From Cercozoa sp. M6MM (taxonomy: Eukaryota; Protista; Endomyxa: Ascetosporea), in the NCBI GenBank assembly GCA_040357565.1, contig JBDODJ010000076.1: a DNA stretch of 54,516 nt. The stretch is one strand, 5' to 3'. Below are positions 1 to 11,987 of the stretch, piece by piece. Position numbers and translations under genes: made by a program. How positions within the stretch are numbered: the stretch's first letter is position 1; every line of letters begins with the position of its first letter. The notes beneath the pieces are model-generated. The model was not told where the DNA came from. It searched no databases and saw only the letters and a program-made list of their open reading frames with translations.

Positions 1-1582
1 GGGGGGGGGTTGTCCTGTCAAATGTACGCTCAACTTCTTCGCTTTCGCTTTCGCTGGACTCAAGTGAACCCGGGCTACTCAATTGAGGCTGAACAGCAAG
101 TAGCAATCAAACCTTGCATACCCAGGAGGACGAGGTGCAGGCGGTGCGCAGTCTAAAGCAAGACGAGGTGGAATTTTGTGCACAATCAAAGCAGAGAACA
201 TTACTGATCTTGACGTTGTCGACTCCGAAGTGGTAGAACAACTGATTGTCAACCTCGGCGAAGCGAATGGAGTAGCTGCCCGAGGCAGGCAGTGCCACAT
301 TGAAGGACACCGTGCTCCAGGCGGCGATGTCTGCTGTGTGCTGTTCAAGCACGGCCACCAGCTCGGCTGCTGCTGTAGTGTACACCGAGGACAGACCGCC
401 AATGTCGCCCAGGATGTCGACACGCGAGTACTGGGCAGGCGTGCCGTTCTGGTGGTCGAGCGGGCCCGTGTGGAATGCTCCGTTAAGGTTAAGCACGTAG
501 CGATCGTAGGTCACTTGGATGGTGGGACACGAGCAGCTCTACAGGAGAACATATGTCAATCGTATCTGATGATCATAATAATCTGACGATCATCGAAGTT
601 CAAACTGTAGCTTTACCTTTTCGAAGCGGAACGGGTGCAGTATGACTGCAGCACTCAAGGCCGTAGAGCAGCAACCACGCAGGGATATGGACACAAAACT
701 AATAGCTTCTACCCTGTCGTCCAGGACCGCCTTGGTCAGTGACAACGGCACGAGTGGAAGGAGCTGCAGGAATTGGCGAACCGGACACCGGCACGTTGGT
801 TCCCGGCACTGCGACGTAGAAGTCGTTGTTGTTGCCTGCGGAAGTGGCAGTTTGCCAGAGGTTGCCTGGCACCAGCGGCAGCTCCACCGTCACGGATCCC
901 TACGATACACCATGCAACTCTCTCCTCAAGCGCACAATTTTAGGGGGGAGGGCGGGAAGTTTACCACTCCAGCAGCCTCGAAGCCGTCGTCGATGTGAGT
1001 GAAATCCTCGAGCACGACGCAGCTAGCAGTGGCGGTCGACGAGACGCTCGGCGTGCTCGTGCCTGATGACGTCGCTGTCTTAGTGGGTGTAGGCGTCGCT
1101 GTCTGGCTGGGTGTTGGTGGAGCAGTAGACGTCGGCGTTGCTGTACGTGTGCTGCAAGCAAAGTTAGATGTAAAAATCAATACAGTACACGCAAATTACT
1201 GAAATAGCCTGCCTCAAACTCTGTATGTTTGAGTTTACGGTGGAGGAACTGGGGGCGGAACAGGAGGCGAAACGGGAGGCGGCACTGACGGCGGAGGCAC
1301 TGCCGGTGGAGGCGGGCTGGGACTATCGTCATCGCTCAGCCCAACCCCCAAACCGACGCCCTGAATAGCAGTCGTATGCTACCAACAGCGAGAAAACAAG
1401 CTCTATGGTACCAAGCCAATAGCGAGAAGAGCGACGAGGCAAAGTACTGCCACCACCGCCAGGAATGATTTTCTGCGCGATACATTTTTCACTAGAGGTT
1501 ACCATCGTCATTCTTCAAAAGATCGATTTATCGATAGTGTAAATTTACTTTGCTGTGCACTGAGGAGCCGTCGAGCTTCCAT
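1..1582 (-). CDS. Type II membrane/surface protein: TM anchor, Pro- and Thr-rich stalk, beta-sandwich domain resembling bacterial PEP-CTERM-associated domains (3' end probably runs off window)
   Basis: Hand-spliced MEARRLLSAQQMKNVSRRKSFLAVVAVLCLVALLAIGLGVGLGVGLSDDDSPSPPPPAVPPP..., a TATPT stalk, then DDGFEAAG...PVSGSPIPAAPSTRAVVTDQGGPGRQVILHPF...AQYSRVDIL...YSIRFAEVDNQLFYHFGVDNVKI; about 9 GT-AG introns. Confidence 0.7.
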
Positions 1583-2103
1583 CGTTGCACCTACAGAGTA
1601 ATTTCGGGCCAGTGTAACTAACTATTCATACTTGGGGGGAAGCTTACGAGGAAGCGTAGGTCGGAAAGTGGTTGACAGCATTTCCACGAGCCGGAGGCTA
1701 GAAGTGAAACAGTGCCCAGCATAAAGCGTAGGCAGAGCAAATTGAAATCCAAAATTACAGCAAAGTTTGGCTGAAACGGGGACGATGCTCCACCCGGCGC
1801 GTGTCCAAACGCTGGCGGAGGGTACCCAGCGTGCATCAGTTTGCTGTGTCCGGAACGGTTCTTTTGCTAGTACAGTGGCTGCGCGCCCAATCAGCTGCAG
1901 GTTTATGCAATGCAAAGATGCGCGAAACGCGAAGATGCGCTTCACGGCATGCCACTGGCGCCGCGAACTGCGTCAAGGTAAATTTACTATATTATTTTGT
2001 AGTCTAAGAACTAAAGTCCGCTCAGCCAATGGTGTTTCCTCCACGGGGGCAGTTTTTTGCTGTAAGTTACAGTTGTTTTTTAGTCAGAGAACCAGCCCCG
2101 GAG

Positions 2104-2709
2104 TCAGCATCGCATGCCGCACTTCATGCAAACGCGTTCGTGTACGAAACATGGGATGCAGCAGCAACCTATTGACAAACATCCATCAATTGCAGTCGAC
2201 TGAGTGCGGACAGGAAGTAAAAGTTGGACATGTACAGCCGTATGAAGCTTACCGGTGAAAAGGCATGCAACCCACGCCCACACGGGGACTCGTGAATCGA
2301 AGTAGTGCTGACATGCACCACCTTGAACGACAACCGTCTGCTACGAACGGGCACGGTGTAGTGCAGTACCAAATCGCATTTTAACTCCGCAGTATCTCAA
2401 GTGTCAACATACAGGTGTCAAAGTCTGATCTGGCACTCCTGGCAGTGGCGCTTGCACGTACATCGGTTGCTGCTGTGGCAGTGCTTGCTGGTAGTTCACT
2501 GGCTGCGCATGCGGTGCTGCACCCAAGACACAACTAAATTTATTGTGAACTTAAATTTACCCAACAAGAAAACAAAAATCGCAGGAAATAACTGAATATC
2601 AGCTGAACACATTCTCTTTTCGTTCCCAAGCCTATTCTGAAGGTTCTTGCAGTGCAAGTTTACCCAACATCGAAGGCTGAACGATAGGATGACCCGGGTA
2701 TCCCGACAT
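2104..2709 (-). CDS. Small BRI3/LITAF-like Cys-rich membrane protein
   Basis: Spliced MSGYPGHP...PVNYQQALPQQQPMYVQAP...QTVVVQGGACQHYFDSRVPVWAWVACLFTGCCCIPCFVHERVCMKCGMRC*: P/Q/Y-rich N-terminus, hydrophobic hairpin, terminal CxxC. Confidence 0.7.
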
Positions 2710-3152
2710 GCGGCAGTTGGTGGCGCTAGAAATCGATAGCTTTGCAAAGCACAAAGTGGTGCTGTACTGTTGGGGCAAGAGTGTGCCGGTGTCCGAACTT
2801 CGGCAAAACTTGCCCTTTGTCCGCGCACGCTTGTTGCCGGGACGGGGTGCCGACAAGAAGGCACGCCAAAAGAAATGCAATTTTCAAAGAACCGACCGAG
2901 CTTCGTAGTTCACGAAGCAGGAAACTAACCTAAGTTTACTGGGCGTGTGAGTGCGCATGTGGCAACTGAGTGTCGCGGTGAATTAGATTTGAAGTTCTTT
3001 TAAAACGGAAGCGCATCGCATGGCAACAAGGCAACAGCGCTTAATGCAACTTAGAACCCCCAGGATTCCCTCACCACTGTAACTGAAACTTTACTGACGT
3101 CCGGTAGACTCGAAAGCAGCGCCTTTATCATTCACAGTCAACCAAAATTATG

Positions 3153-5110
3153 TTAGAAGTAGCTCTCAGACCGAGAGGAGCCGCCAAAGAGGTCGTAGCT
3201 GCTAGTATTGCTGGACTCTATGGGTCCGATGCCCTGCTGCTCCTCTGTTGCACTCTCAGTCGTTGACTCTGGCTGCATGGCACTGCTGGACTCTTCCTCC
3301 TGTGCAGATGAGGCCCACTGAGGGTTGCGATCGATGTCGAGAGGCTCAAAGGCTCCGCGTGGTGCCTGTCGCTTCGGCGGCGGTTGCGTGTCGCCAAAGA
3401 AGTCGACAAGCGTCTCGGATCGCTTGCCGAGTTTTTCCGGCGACTGCTGGACCGGCACGGCCGGTTGCAGCGTGGTTTGCATCTGCGTCATAGTGTAGCC
3501 AAAGGCAGAAGTGGCACTGGGTCTGGCACCGGGTGCCTGTGCCTCCTGGGCCTCCTGTGCCTGCATGGGAGGTGGCGCGAACATGCGCGCAATCTCGTGT
3601 TGCTGGCGTTGCGCTTCCTCTTCCTGGCGACGCCGAAGTTCTGCTTGACGCAGTTCTTCCTCTTGGCGGCGCTCACGCTGACGCCGCTGGGCCTCGCGAC
3701 GCTCGAGTTCGCGGCGGTAGGCCTCGCGCTGCAGCTGATCCTTCTCTGCGCGTCGGTTGGCCTCGAGTTTCAACTGCTCCTGCCTCAGTCGCTCCTGCTC
3801 GCGTTTCTCGGCTTCCTTTCGCTCCTGCTCGCGTTTCTCGGCTTCCTTTCGTTCCTTCTCGCGAGCTTCGGCCTCCTTTCGTTCCTTCTCGGCCTGCTTT
3901 CGTGCCTTCTCGCGTTTCTCGGCCTCTAGCTGGGCAGGTGACTGCACCTTCTTCACGGTGGGAGGGTCCTTCCACTGCCGTGCCTCGAACTCAAAGTCGG
4001 GCTCGGCCAGCTGCGTGCGACGCTGGATGCCGAGAGCGATGCAGCTGTGCGGCAGAGTGTTGAGCACGTTGAAGTCGCTTCCGTCGGTGCACTTGAGGTG
4101 CAGTGCCTTGCAATCAAAGTGGATGCCATCGTCGGTCAGACTGAGACCGTCCAAAGCACCATAGGCCACCAGAGTCTCAATGATGCGCAGCTTGGTCGCC
4201 GAGAGACTCATCTGACCGACCAAATCTCGTGCCAGAACAGCCATCAGCGGTGCTTTCTTCTTCTCGAAAGGTAGGCCTTCGCAGTCGAACTGCACGGTCG
4301 GGTCGGCCCAGGATCGGCACCTGCAAAAAGAGCAACTGGCTTCGCACACAGCAACTGAAGAAAAGGAGTGAAATGTACAATTCTTCCACAGTTCCGACGG
4401 CCTCGTTGCGAACAGCGTAGCACAACGGAGTGCGACCGTGCGAGTCCTTCATTTCGAGACAAAAGGAGTGGCCCAGGAAGGTTGCCACCACCTGACGCTG
4501 GTTGTATGCCGCGGCATGGAACACGCCTGGTAGCGACTGCTTCACCTTGTCCGAAGTGAAAGGCCACATCAGGTCAATGCCCAGACTGAAACAAACAACA
4601 GTGTAGTGTGTACGTTGCTATCAAATGAAAGAAAGGTGCTTGAAACAGACAAACTGATACCTCATCCAGGTGTCCAACAGGTCTGCGTCACCACCACACA
4701 CGGCATCCCGCCACAAAGCACGCATGCGTTCCATCCAGTGTCGAAGCAGCGCTACAGTGACCTCCGCATCGTGCGGAACCGAGTCGTCGAATTCAATTCC
4801 TTCCTTCAGCAGCATTATCATTGTTCCGGGTGTTTTGCTCTCAAAGATCGCTCGCAGGAACGCTTCGTCCTCGTTCGCACGCATCTTTTCTGCCCCAATA
4901 CAGTGCAAAAAACTCAAAAGCAAAAAACAACTTGTGGTAGTATACTGTACCCTTCTGGCGTTCAAGCCATTCTGCGTGATTGATCTCTGTGATACCTAGC
5001 ACCTTGTTTACATCTTCTGCTTTCTCAAGATCTTCGATGAGTTTTCCCAGACTCGAGCTGACAGGCAGACCTCGGGTCAACAGTCGCTGCAGACTGCCCG
5101 CTACTGGCAT
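3153..5110 (-). CDS. Ankyrin-repeat protein with long charged (E/K/R) helical region and disordered tail
   Basis: VFHAAAYNQRQVVATFL...KDSHGRTPLCYAVRNEAVGTVEEL..LGADP ankyrin motifs; long exon with EAEKREQERK repeats. Confidence 0.7.
3789..3925 (-). repeat. Coding 30-nt tandem repeat (EAEKREQERK-like), single-alpha-helix/coiled-coil type
   Basis: gctcctgctcgcgtttctcggcttcctttc repeated with variants. Confidence 0.75.
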
Positions 5111-5466
5111 TCTTGGATTGCTACGTCCGCAAAAGGTTCCTACCACACACTGAAACTCCCAAAAAAACTCGCTTCAAACGAGCTTTCCGAATAGGAAAAA
5201 CACCGGAGCAATCTCAGCGACAAATACGAAAATCGAACCCATCCAGAAATACCAAAACAGATAAATTGGTTGGCACGTGTTGGTTTGAGATTTTATCGAG
5301 CTTCAATCACATAAACACAATAGATTTCTCCAACATACATAACTGAGCCTAGCAAAACCCATTCTAATCGTACCTGCAAGAGAAGATCAAATCATGAGCG
5401 GACTTTCGCCAACCGAGTCAAGCCGACTCGCGTGTGTCTGCGCGTGCTGACTCATCAACTCTAACA

Positions 5467-7322
5467 ATGGCGTCTCATAGGAACTCAAAAAAGCTCCTGG
5501 TGTTCGCCTCAGAGTGTACATTTTGGAACTCTTGTGTGCCACACGTTAGTTTTCACTGACGTTGTGACACAGTGGCCGCTCTGATCGGGCGCAACCGGTA
5601 CCGAGAGCAGGAGGTACCAGTGTGTCCACAGTATGGGGGGGTGTCTCTCAGTGAAGGTGCCCATTGGACAGGCGGCATTCCGCACACTGTACAGTCGTCA
5701 AAGTGGTCGTTCGGTGGCGTCGTTCTCGTCGCATGAGGACACTCTGCAAGTACCTTGTCCTCCGAGGTCTTCTGACCTCGGTGTGTAGTAGCATGTGCGT
5801 GTGCTGCAGGCAGCGACGGCGCGGGAGCACACGGTGCTGACGCTGAAGGATCTGGAGGACGACGTGCTGGAGGAGACGGCCACGTCGGTCCCCGTGGACG
5901 CGGAAAAGTACGGCGAGAAACGCTCGCTGTGGCAGGAGGCCAAGCGCGTCGAAAGCGAGGCCGCGCAGTCGGTGGAACAGGCCATCGAACGCGGTGCTCC
6001 CGAGGAGGAGGTGCAGCACCTCACTCAGCAGGCCGAGCAGGCCAAGCTCTCGACGCGTCTGCAGCGCGAGGAGGTCGTCGAGGTACATGAGTCCACAGAC
6101 CAGACCTCTGCCTTTGTACCGGTCTGCCCTGCCAGGTCATTGTGGAGGCTGCGGTCGACAAGACGGCGCAGACCTTCGAGACCACCACCGAACTCGACCA
6201 GGCCATGTCCGACATGCAGGTGTCTTGCGTACACATCTGTGCGTGAGTGTGTGTTGTATGTGTGTATGTATGTTTGTTTGTTTGTTTGTTTGTTTGGATG
6301 TATGTTTGTATCTATCTATCTACCTATACCTGTCCATTTACATTTATTTATCTATCTCCCTATCCATCTATCTATCTCCGTATTCATCTATCTATCTCCC
6401 TGTTCGTCTACTATCTTCTATATATCTATTCATCTATCCATCTATCTATCTCCCTATCTATCTGTTTATCTATCTATCTACCTACCCATACTACCTACCC
6501 ATCTATCTGCCTACCCATCTATCTACCTACCCATCTATCTACCTACCCATCTACCCATCTACTTATTTACCTATCTACCTATCTACCGATCTACCTATCT
6601 ACTCATCTACCCGTCTATCCCAGTACCCATAGAAGCCTACAGCAGTATATGTATGCATAGCAAGTGTGCAGCTGTCGCCGCAAGTGGAGGAGACCGTGCA
6701 GGCGGCGGTTCGAACCGAGCGCGGCACACTGCAGGAAGGCACGATCCTGCAGCGCCTCGAGAAGGCACTCGACACCAAGATCGCACGACCGACACATGCG
6801 TTCTACCGCGCCCTGTCGACACACGAGCTGACACAGCAGACCACGTGTAACTGGCCCTACTCGGTCGCACTGTACGGCCGCGTCGACGGCACCTCCAAGG
6901 GTACCCTTCCTCCTCCTACAGACAGCACCCTATATTGTGTGTACCCTGCCTTCTCCAGATGGCCAGCACGTCGTGGAAATCAAGAACCGGCGCAACCGAC
7001 TCTTTGACGACATTCCCGAGTACGAGCTGATCCAGCTGCACGTCTACCTGTACACGACGCGCACGCACACGGCCATCTGGTGCCAGAACCTCGACGGCGA
7101 ACTCAACGTGCGAGAGGTCGACTTCGAGCCGAGTTATTGGAACTTTATCACTGCCGAGCTGGGTACCCTCGCTGCTAATCTGGGGTGTGTGGGGGTGGGA
7201 GGGGGCAAAATGGTTTCTTGTGTCTGTGTGCAGGCAAGGCTCTGCACGACTACGAGAACTGGCGACGCGAGCAAGGTTTGCTGCTGCCTGGCGAGCAGGA
7301 GATCCAAGAGATGGTCGAGTGA
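5467..7322 (+). CDS. YqaJ-like (lambda-exonuclease fold, PD-(D/E)xK) nuclease, giant-virus type, 8 exons
   Basis: Motifs ASELAALIGRNRY, RGTLQE, LYGRVDG, VVEIKNRRNRLF, EYELIQLHVYL; 7 frame-preserving GT-AG introns (donors 5516, 5614, 5750, 6083, 6220, 6901, 7163). Confidence 0.8.
6245..6625 (+). repeat. Intronic compound microsatellite (TG/TTTG/TATC/TACC)
   Basis: Fills intron 6220-6671. Confidence 0.9.
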
Positions 7323-7684
7323 TCATTAGCGAGCTCGTTCCAGTTACGTTACGTTACACGCACGACAGTGCTCACTAGCTAGTCCACCAATCAGCTTCAG
7401 CACACTGGCGTCGGTGGCAAACTAATTTTGAGTCAGTGGATTCACGGGCTGGGCCGGAGCGTCCGGGCTCTTCGGCATGGCGCTTGCGGATCCATTGAGC
7501 ACACGATTGAGCAACTCGCTGTCGACTGGCACTGTCTGTCAGTTACATGGCCATCGACATTTCTGTACCACAGAAGTGAACTGACTGGGACCGTTTTACC
7601 GAAGCAGCTCCGACAGGGTAGTCAGGTATTGTCGTCAGAGTTACAGTCAGTGTTACCACCACAGCAACGACATAGGCCGCGAGT

Positions 7685-9047
7685 ATGACGACTGTTTGTT
7701 TCTTCATGCTGTTCGACTGTCATGTGTCAAATACTAGTCACTACTGTACTGACTGAAGTGAAAACCCTATGGCGTCGGAGTTTCGCTCTGTCCGACTCAC
7801 TCTGCTGCACCGAAGCTTTGGTGCTTCGCAGCTTGAGCGAAACATCTGTAGTTAGAACAAAGCAGCTCGCAGTTAGAGAGCATGTTGTCACTGTTGCCTG
7901 TCGCACTACTAGCGTGCGTTGTCGCATCTTCTTCCAAGTCTGACCGTGGCGACTCGAAAAGCGAACGCGAGGTCTGCTCATGGAAGCAGTGGAACTTCTG
8001 CGATTTGCGAGAACACAACGTGGTATAGCACGCCTACGCTTTGCTCAACAAAGCAGCTGTAGCCTCCTTTTGTGCAACACTGGTAGCATGCGAAACTTCG
8101 CGCTGAGCTGCCGATCGTTGGAAACGTGATACTCGACATTGCTCTCGGAGGCAATGCTTTGTCGGTTTTGGACGACTGCGATGTCGAAGCTAGCGTCATC
8201 TACCGTCTTGTCAAAGGTACAGTACATTTTCTCAGACTGCACTGGATCAGTCTGACATTCAGTGTCTTTTTCACTTGTACGGCAGAAGACGACCACGAAC
8301 CGCCGAAGCGAGAAAGCGAAGGAGAAACACTCCTTCGGCGAGTCGCGTCGCAAAACGACAACTGTGCCGCGCAAGCCTTGTGGACGGAATCGAGCATTCA
8401 ACAAGACATGCAGCCGGAAATGGAGAAGCAAGTCCTCACACTGACTTTTAAAGATGAGGTACTCATGTCAAACATGAATCTTCTGACTGAGCGTACTCAA
8501 CGTAGTTGGGGTGATGTGCAATGACTGGAATGAAACTTGCAGTTGGCACCCACGCGAATCCCGACGGTTATGAAGTTGCATTGTGCCAGTCCAGACGAGG
8601 GCGTGCCGGATGCGGGTCTCTGGTCGGTCGAGATCATGGACTCTCTCGTGCTGTACGGCAAACTGCCGTGCGACAAGTATGATATCTGGCAGGAGGGTTC
8701 CTCGCTGTCGACCGGTTCAGTGCTGCTAATATCCTTCGTTGTCGTTCTTTCCGTCTACTGTCTCGGTGGCATTCTCTTCCACGCTTATTTTAATCGCAAG
8801 TTTCAACTGCCACATCAGCACCTTTGGTACGAGTTCGGGGTAACTGAAGTTTGTTTATCAACTCTCACTCCTGCTTGAGTAACAAACCGACTGTTTGAAT
8901 CAGCAACTAGTGTGCGATGGCTGTCACTTCTGCTGGGACAAGGTGCGTTCGCTGTGGCGACGTCAAGAGCCGCGACTCGAAGTCGACCCGGCGCCGATGC
9001 TGGACGCGTCGCAGTTGCGCTCGCTGGACGAACCGGAGGAACTGTAG
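7685..9047 (+). CDS. ATG27/cation-dependent mannose-6-phosphate receptor-like type I membrane protein (start uncertain)
   Basis: Cys-containing luminal region, TM SLSTGSVLLISFVVVLSVYCLGGILF, cytosolic LPHQHLWYEFGQLVCDGCHF typical of ATG27/M6PR. Confidence 0.7.
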
Positions 9048-9441
9048 TTCCTCCGAAGACGAAGCTCGCAAGTCTACTGATCGCTCCGTTGGAGCACAGT
9101 ATCTCGTGGTTGCTGAGTTAGTTTTTTACCTGCTCGGTGCTGTGGGACCCTCTTCCCGTAAACTTACGTTTAAGACATAACAAATAGGTGAGTCAGTTTA
9201 AATGTACGGCAACTGAAGATGTTCCAACTCGAAGTCTCGAACACGAACCGATATCGTAAGTTACGATCCTACAGTTAGTTGATTAACTTAAGAAGCAAGG
9301 CGCTTTGTGTTTTGTTTTTTCGTTTTTCTTCCGAAAACTCGCCAGCCGCGCGGAAGGGCTAAACTGCAAAAAGTAAAAACTGTGAGATGCAGAATAGATC
9401 GCGCTGTCCAGCGTGGCATTAATCAGATCTATAGTCTAACG

Positions 9442-9869
9442 ATGCCAGAACAGCTTGTCATGACACCAGAGGTGCAAGAGGAGCTTCAAAAGCTCATGCA
9501 GCAGCCATTGGTCAAGGTGTGGGCTCTTATGGAGTTTCTTGAGTTTGATCGAGGAAACTGAGTGTTCGTGCGTACAGTACTCCGACATGGACAATGACTT
9601 GCGAGCGGAAGCGACGGATATTGTCGTGAGCGCGATCGACAAATTTGGCGAAGACTCTGAGGTAGATAAAGCTCGTTGAACTGTTGCGATTTGAATAACT
9701 GCTCACCCAGGCTGCCGCAAAAACGGTGAAGGAAAGAATGGACCGAAAGTTTGGTCCTTCGTGGCAGTGCATCATTGGCAAAGGCTTTGGCTTTCGCATA
9801 GACAAGCAAGTCGGCTATTGTCTCGAGTTATTCTACATGGGCGACTGGTGTGCGCTTGTCTTCAAATGA
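9442..9869 (+). CDS. DNAL4: Axonemal dynein light chain, LC8 family (DNAL4/LC10-like)
   Basis: QQPLVK|YSDMDNDLRAEATDIVVSAIDKFGEDSE|AAAKTVKERMDRKFGPSWQCIIGKGFGFRI...LFYMGDWCALVFK*. Confidence 0.85.
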
Positions 9870-10030
9870 GCTGAGCTGAACAGAAGTGCGTCAGATAAAT
9901 GAAATTACTGTTCTGATTTGTAAGATTGAGATTTGCTGCGCTTTCTCCGAAATTCAATGAATGTGGAAGGTTGCCATCCGTCAGCTTAGCCTTTGCGTAA
10001 CAACTCAGAAAGCAGTTTCGCACGGCACAA

Positions 10031-11921
10031 ATGCATCGCTTGTGCTTGAATGTGCTGAAGTCGCCACCCGACTGTTGGCGAGAAAATAACCACTGCGACG
10101 TCCCGCAGTGCACAACGGCATACTTTCGATCGCGAGCACGCATCAAGTTTAATCTCTTGGTTGCAGTGTTGTTGCTGACTGCATGGTACAGCAGCTTTGG
10201 TGCTTGGCCGTCGACAGCTCAGCTCAAGCAGACGCCTCCTGACGAGCGGTTGAATTTGAACGCAGTTCCAAATACTGCCGTGCTAGTGACGCATCGGGAA
10301 GGTACTGTAAGGAGTCACAGTACAATGGCCACTGAGGGTTTTGAGGACAGTCGGTTTTAATGTTTGACAGGTGTCATTTGCACGGACTTCGAACGTTTCT
10401 TGTCGCCAGAGTTTCTGACCGTCTTTGTGTTTGACAGGCTTCTTTTGTCACAGCGTCACTTCAACCAAGTGTACACTTTGGTCAAGTCATGTCACACTGC
10501 TGAAATCGTCGTTACTGAAAAAGCCCTGGTATGAACATTCTGCTGGATGGATTCTGTTTTTTTTTGACTGACTATAAATTTACCTCAACCAGGGCGACTT
10601 GCATGATAAGCAACTCGCACTGCAGCACGCGCTGAGACTGAACCCAAACTTAGACGACGTCGTATTCTGGGCTTGCGACATCTTTCCGCTGCCCCAAAAT
10701 CACGCCTTTCATGTCAACGCGAGCGAGCTCGTGCGAAGAATGAAAACTATGCTTCCTGCGACAGCACTCGGCGGCACGCCGCTCTTACTCGAAAACGCTC
10801 CTTCAACTACCGTTGATTTTACAAAGGTACTGTAAATTCACCACAGAAACTAACAGAAACTAAAACTGATATGTACTGCATTTCCGCGGTAAGTATACAA
10901 CAACTGCGTATGCAGGCTCGAATCCACGGACGAGCTTTCGCGAGTCGGACAAAGCTAGCGAAGATGCAAACAGTCCCGATGGTACAAACCCTCCCAAAAG
11001 AAATAACCTACTGGAGAAATATAACTTGATTCTAGACAGAGCGATGTCAGTGAGTTTGTTGAGGCCCACGTTTTGTTTCTCCGTCTGGAGCAGTTCGACG
11101 AAGCGTGGCGACAGCGATACTTTGCCTCTCAATTTTCGGTGGAAGAGTCGCGCTGGCTACCGCTGCTGCTACGTCACTCTGGAAGTCGCATCTTTCGCTT
11201 GAATCGAGTGGCGATGCTCTACGACCTTCGTGGAGATTTGCAGAACGACACAGCTTGCCTTTTCGTAGCCCACATGCGCATGCTGGCGAAACATCGATCT
11301 CCGTTCAATTGTCATGTTGGACAACGACAGCTGATAGAAAGTAAATTAAGTATATGGTATATACACAGCTGGAAACTATCATTCTCTATTCTCTCCTTTT
11401 AGGTTGGAAGCGAGAGAACCATTCGTTCGGGCTGCCGGATCTATGTCACATTGCACACATGCGCAAGTATTTCAACGTCCAGTGGCTCCGTTCGTGTGCC
11501 CTCTTTAGGAATGTTTACGACACAGCGTGTGTCGAGACACTTGATGCTGCACTTGCACTGATTGATCACACGTTTGACGGTACAAGGATTCGGCCGCTCT
11601 TTTCGCACGCTTTTGTCGACTCAGTTGAGGTAAATACTCTTCAGTTGGCTGGATTAACATGCCATGCCAGCTTTTCTTCCCCAGGTTGTTGGCGACACCA
11701 TGTGTTTTCGGTCGTGCAGTGAAGCACTGCCATTAAAGCAAACTATGCTGTTGCTGCTTCAAGCACCGCCTGACACGACCGACTGCGCGTGTTTAATCTT
11801 CGTGTTGGCCGCACGATGGACTCACGGTGCTGTTGCAAGAACGAACGTGTCTCTGCCGCCCTGGAGAGTGATTTTCGTTGGCAATCCCATTCCGTTTCGT
11901 TCAGTTGAACAATCAATTTAA
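10031..11921 (+). CDS. Type II membrane protein, possibly a Golgi glycosyltransferase-like protein
   Basis: N-terminal TM (FNLLVAVLLLTAWY), stem, LDDVVFWACDIF (DxD-like strand); several ORFs join by GT-AG introns; function inferred. Confidence 0.5.
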
Positions 11922-11987
11922 CCAGAACGTTCAGTTGAATTATTGTTTGTCCAGTTTGTACTAATTTTACAGTATGTGAAACAATAA

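Noticed and set aside
5994-6660. ORFs rich in YLSI/IYLS/CV (also 24127-24544, 36585-37249, 45114-45411, 54028-54456)
   Set aside because: Translations of intronic microsatellites, not proteins
5300-7500. Endogenous giant-virus insertion around the YqaJ gene
   Set aside because: Neighbours are ordinary eukaryotic genes and the gene itself is intron-rich; no viral gene cluster
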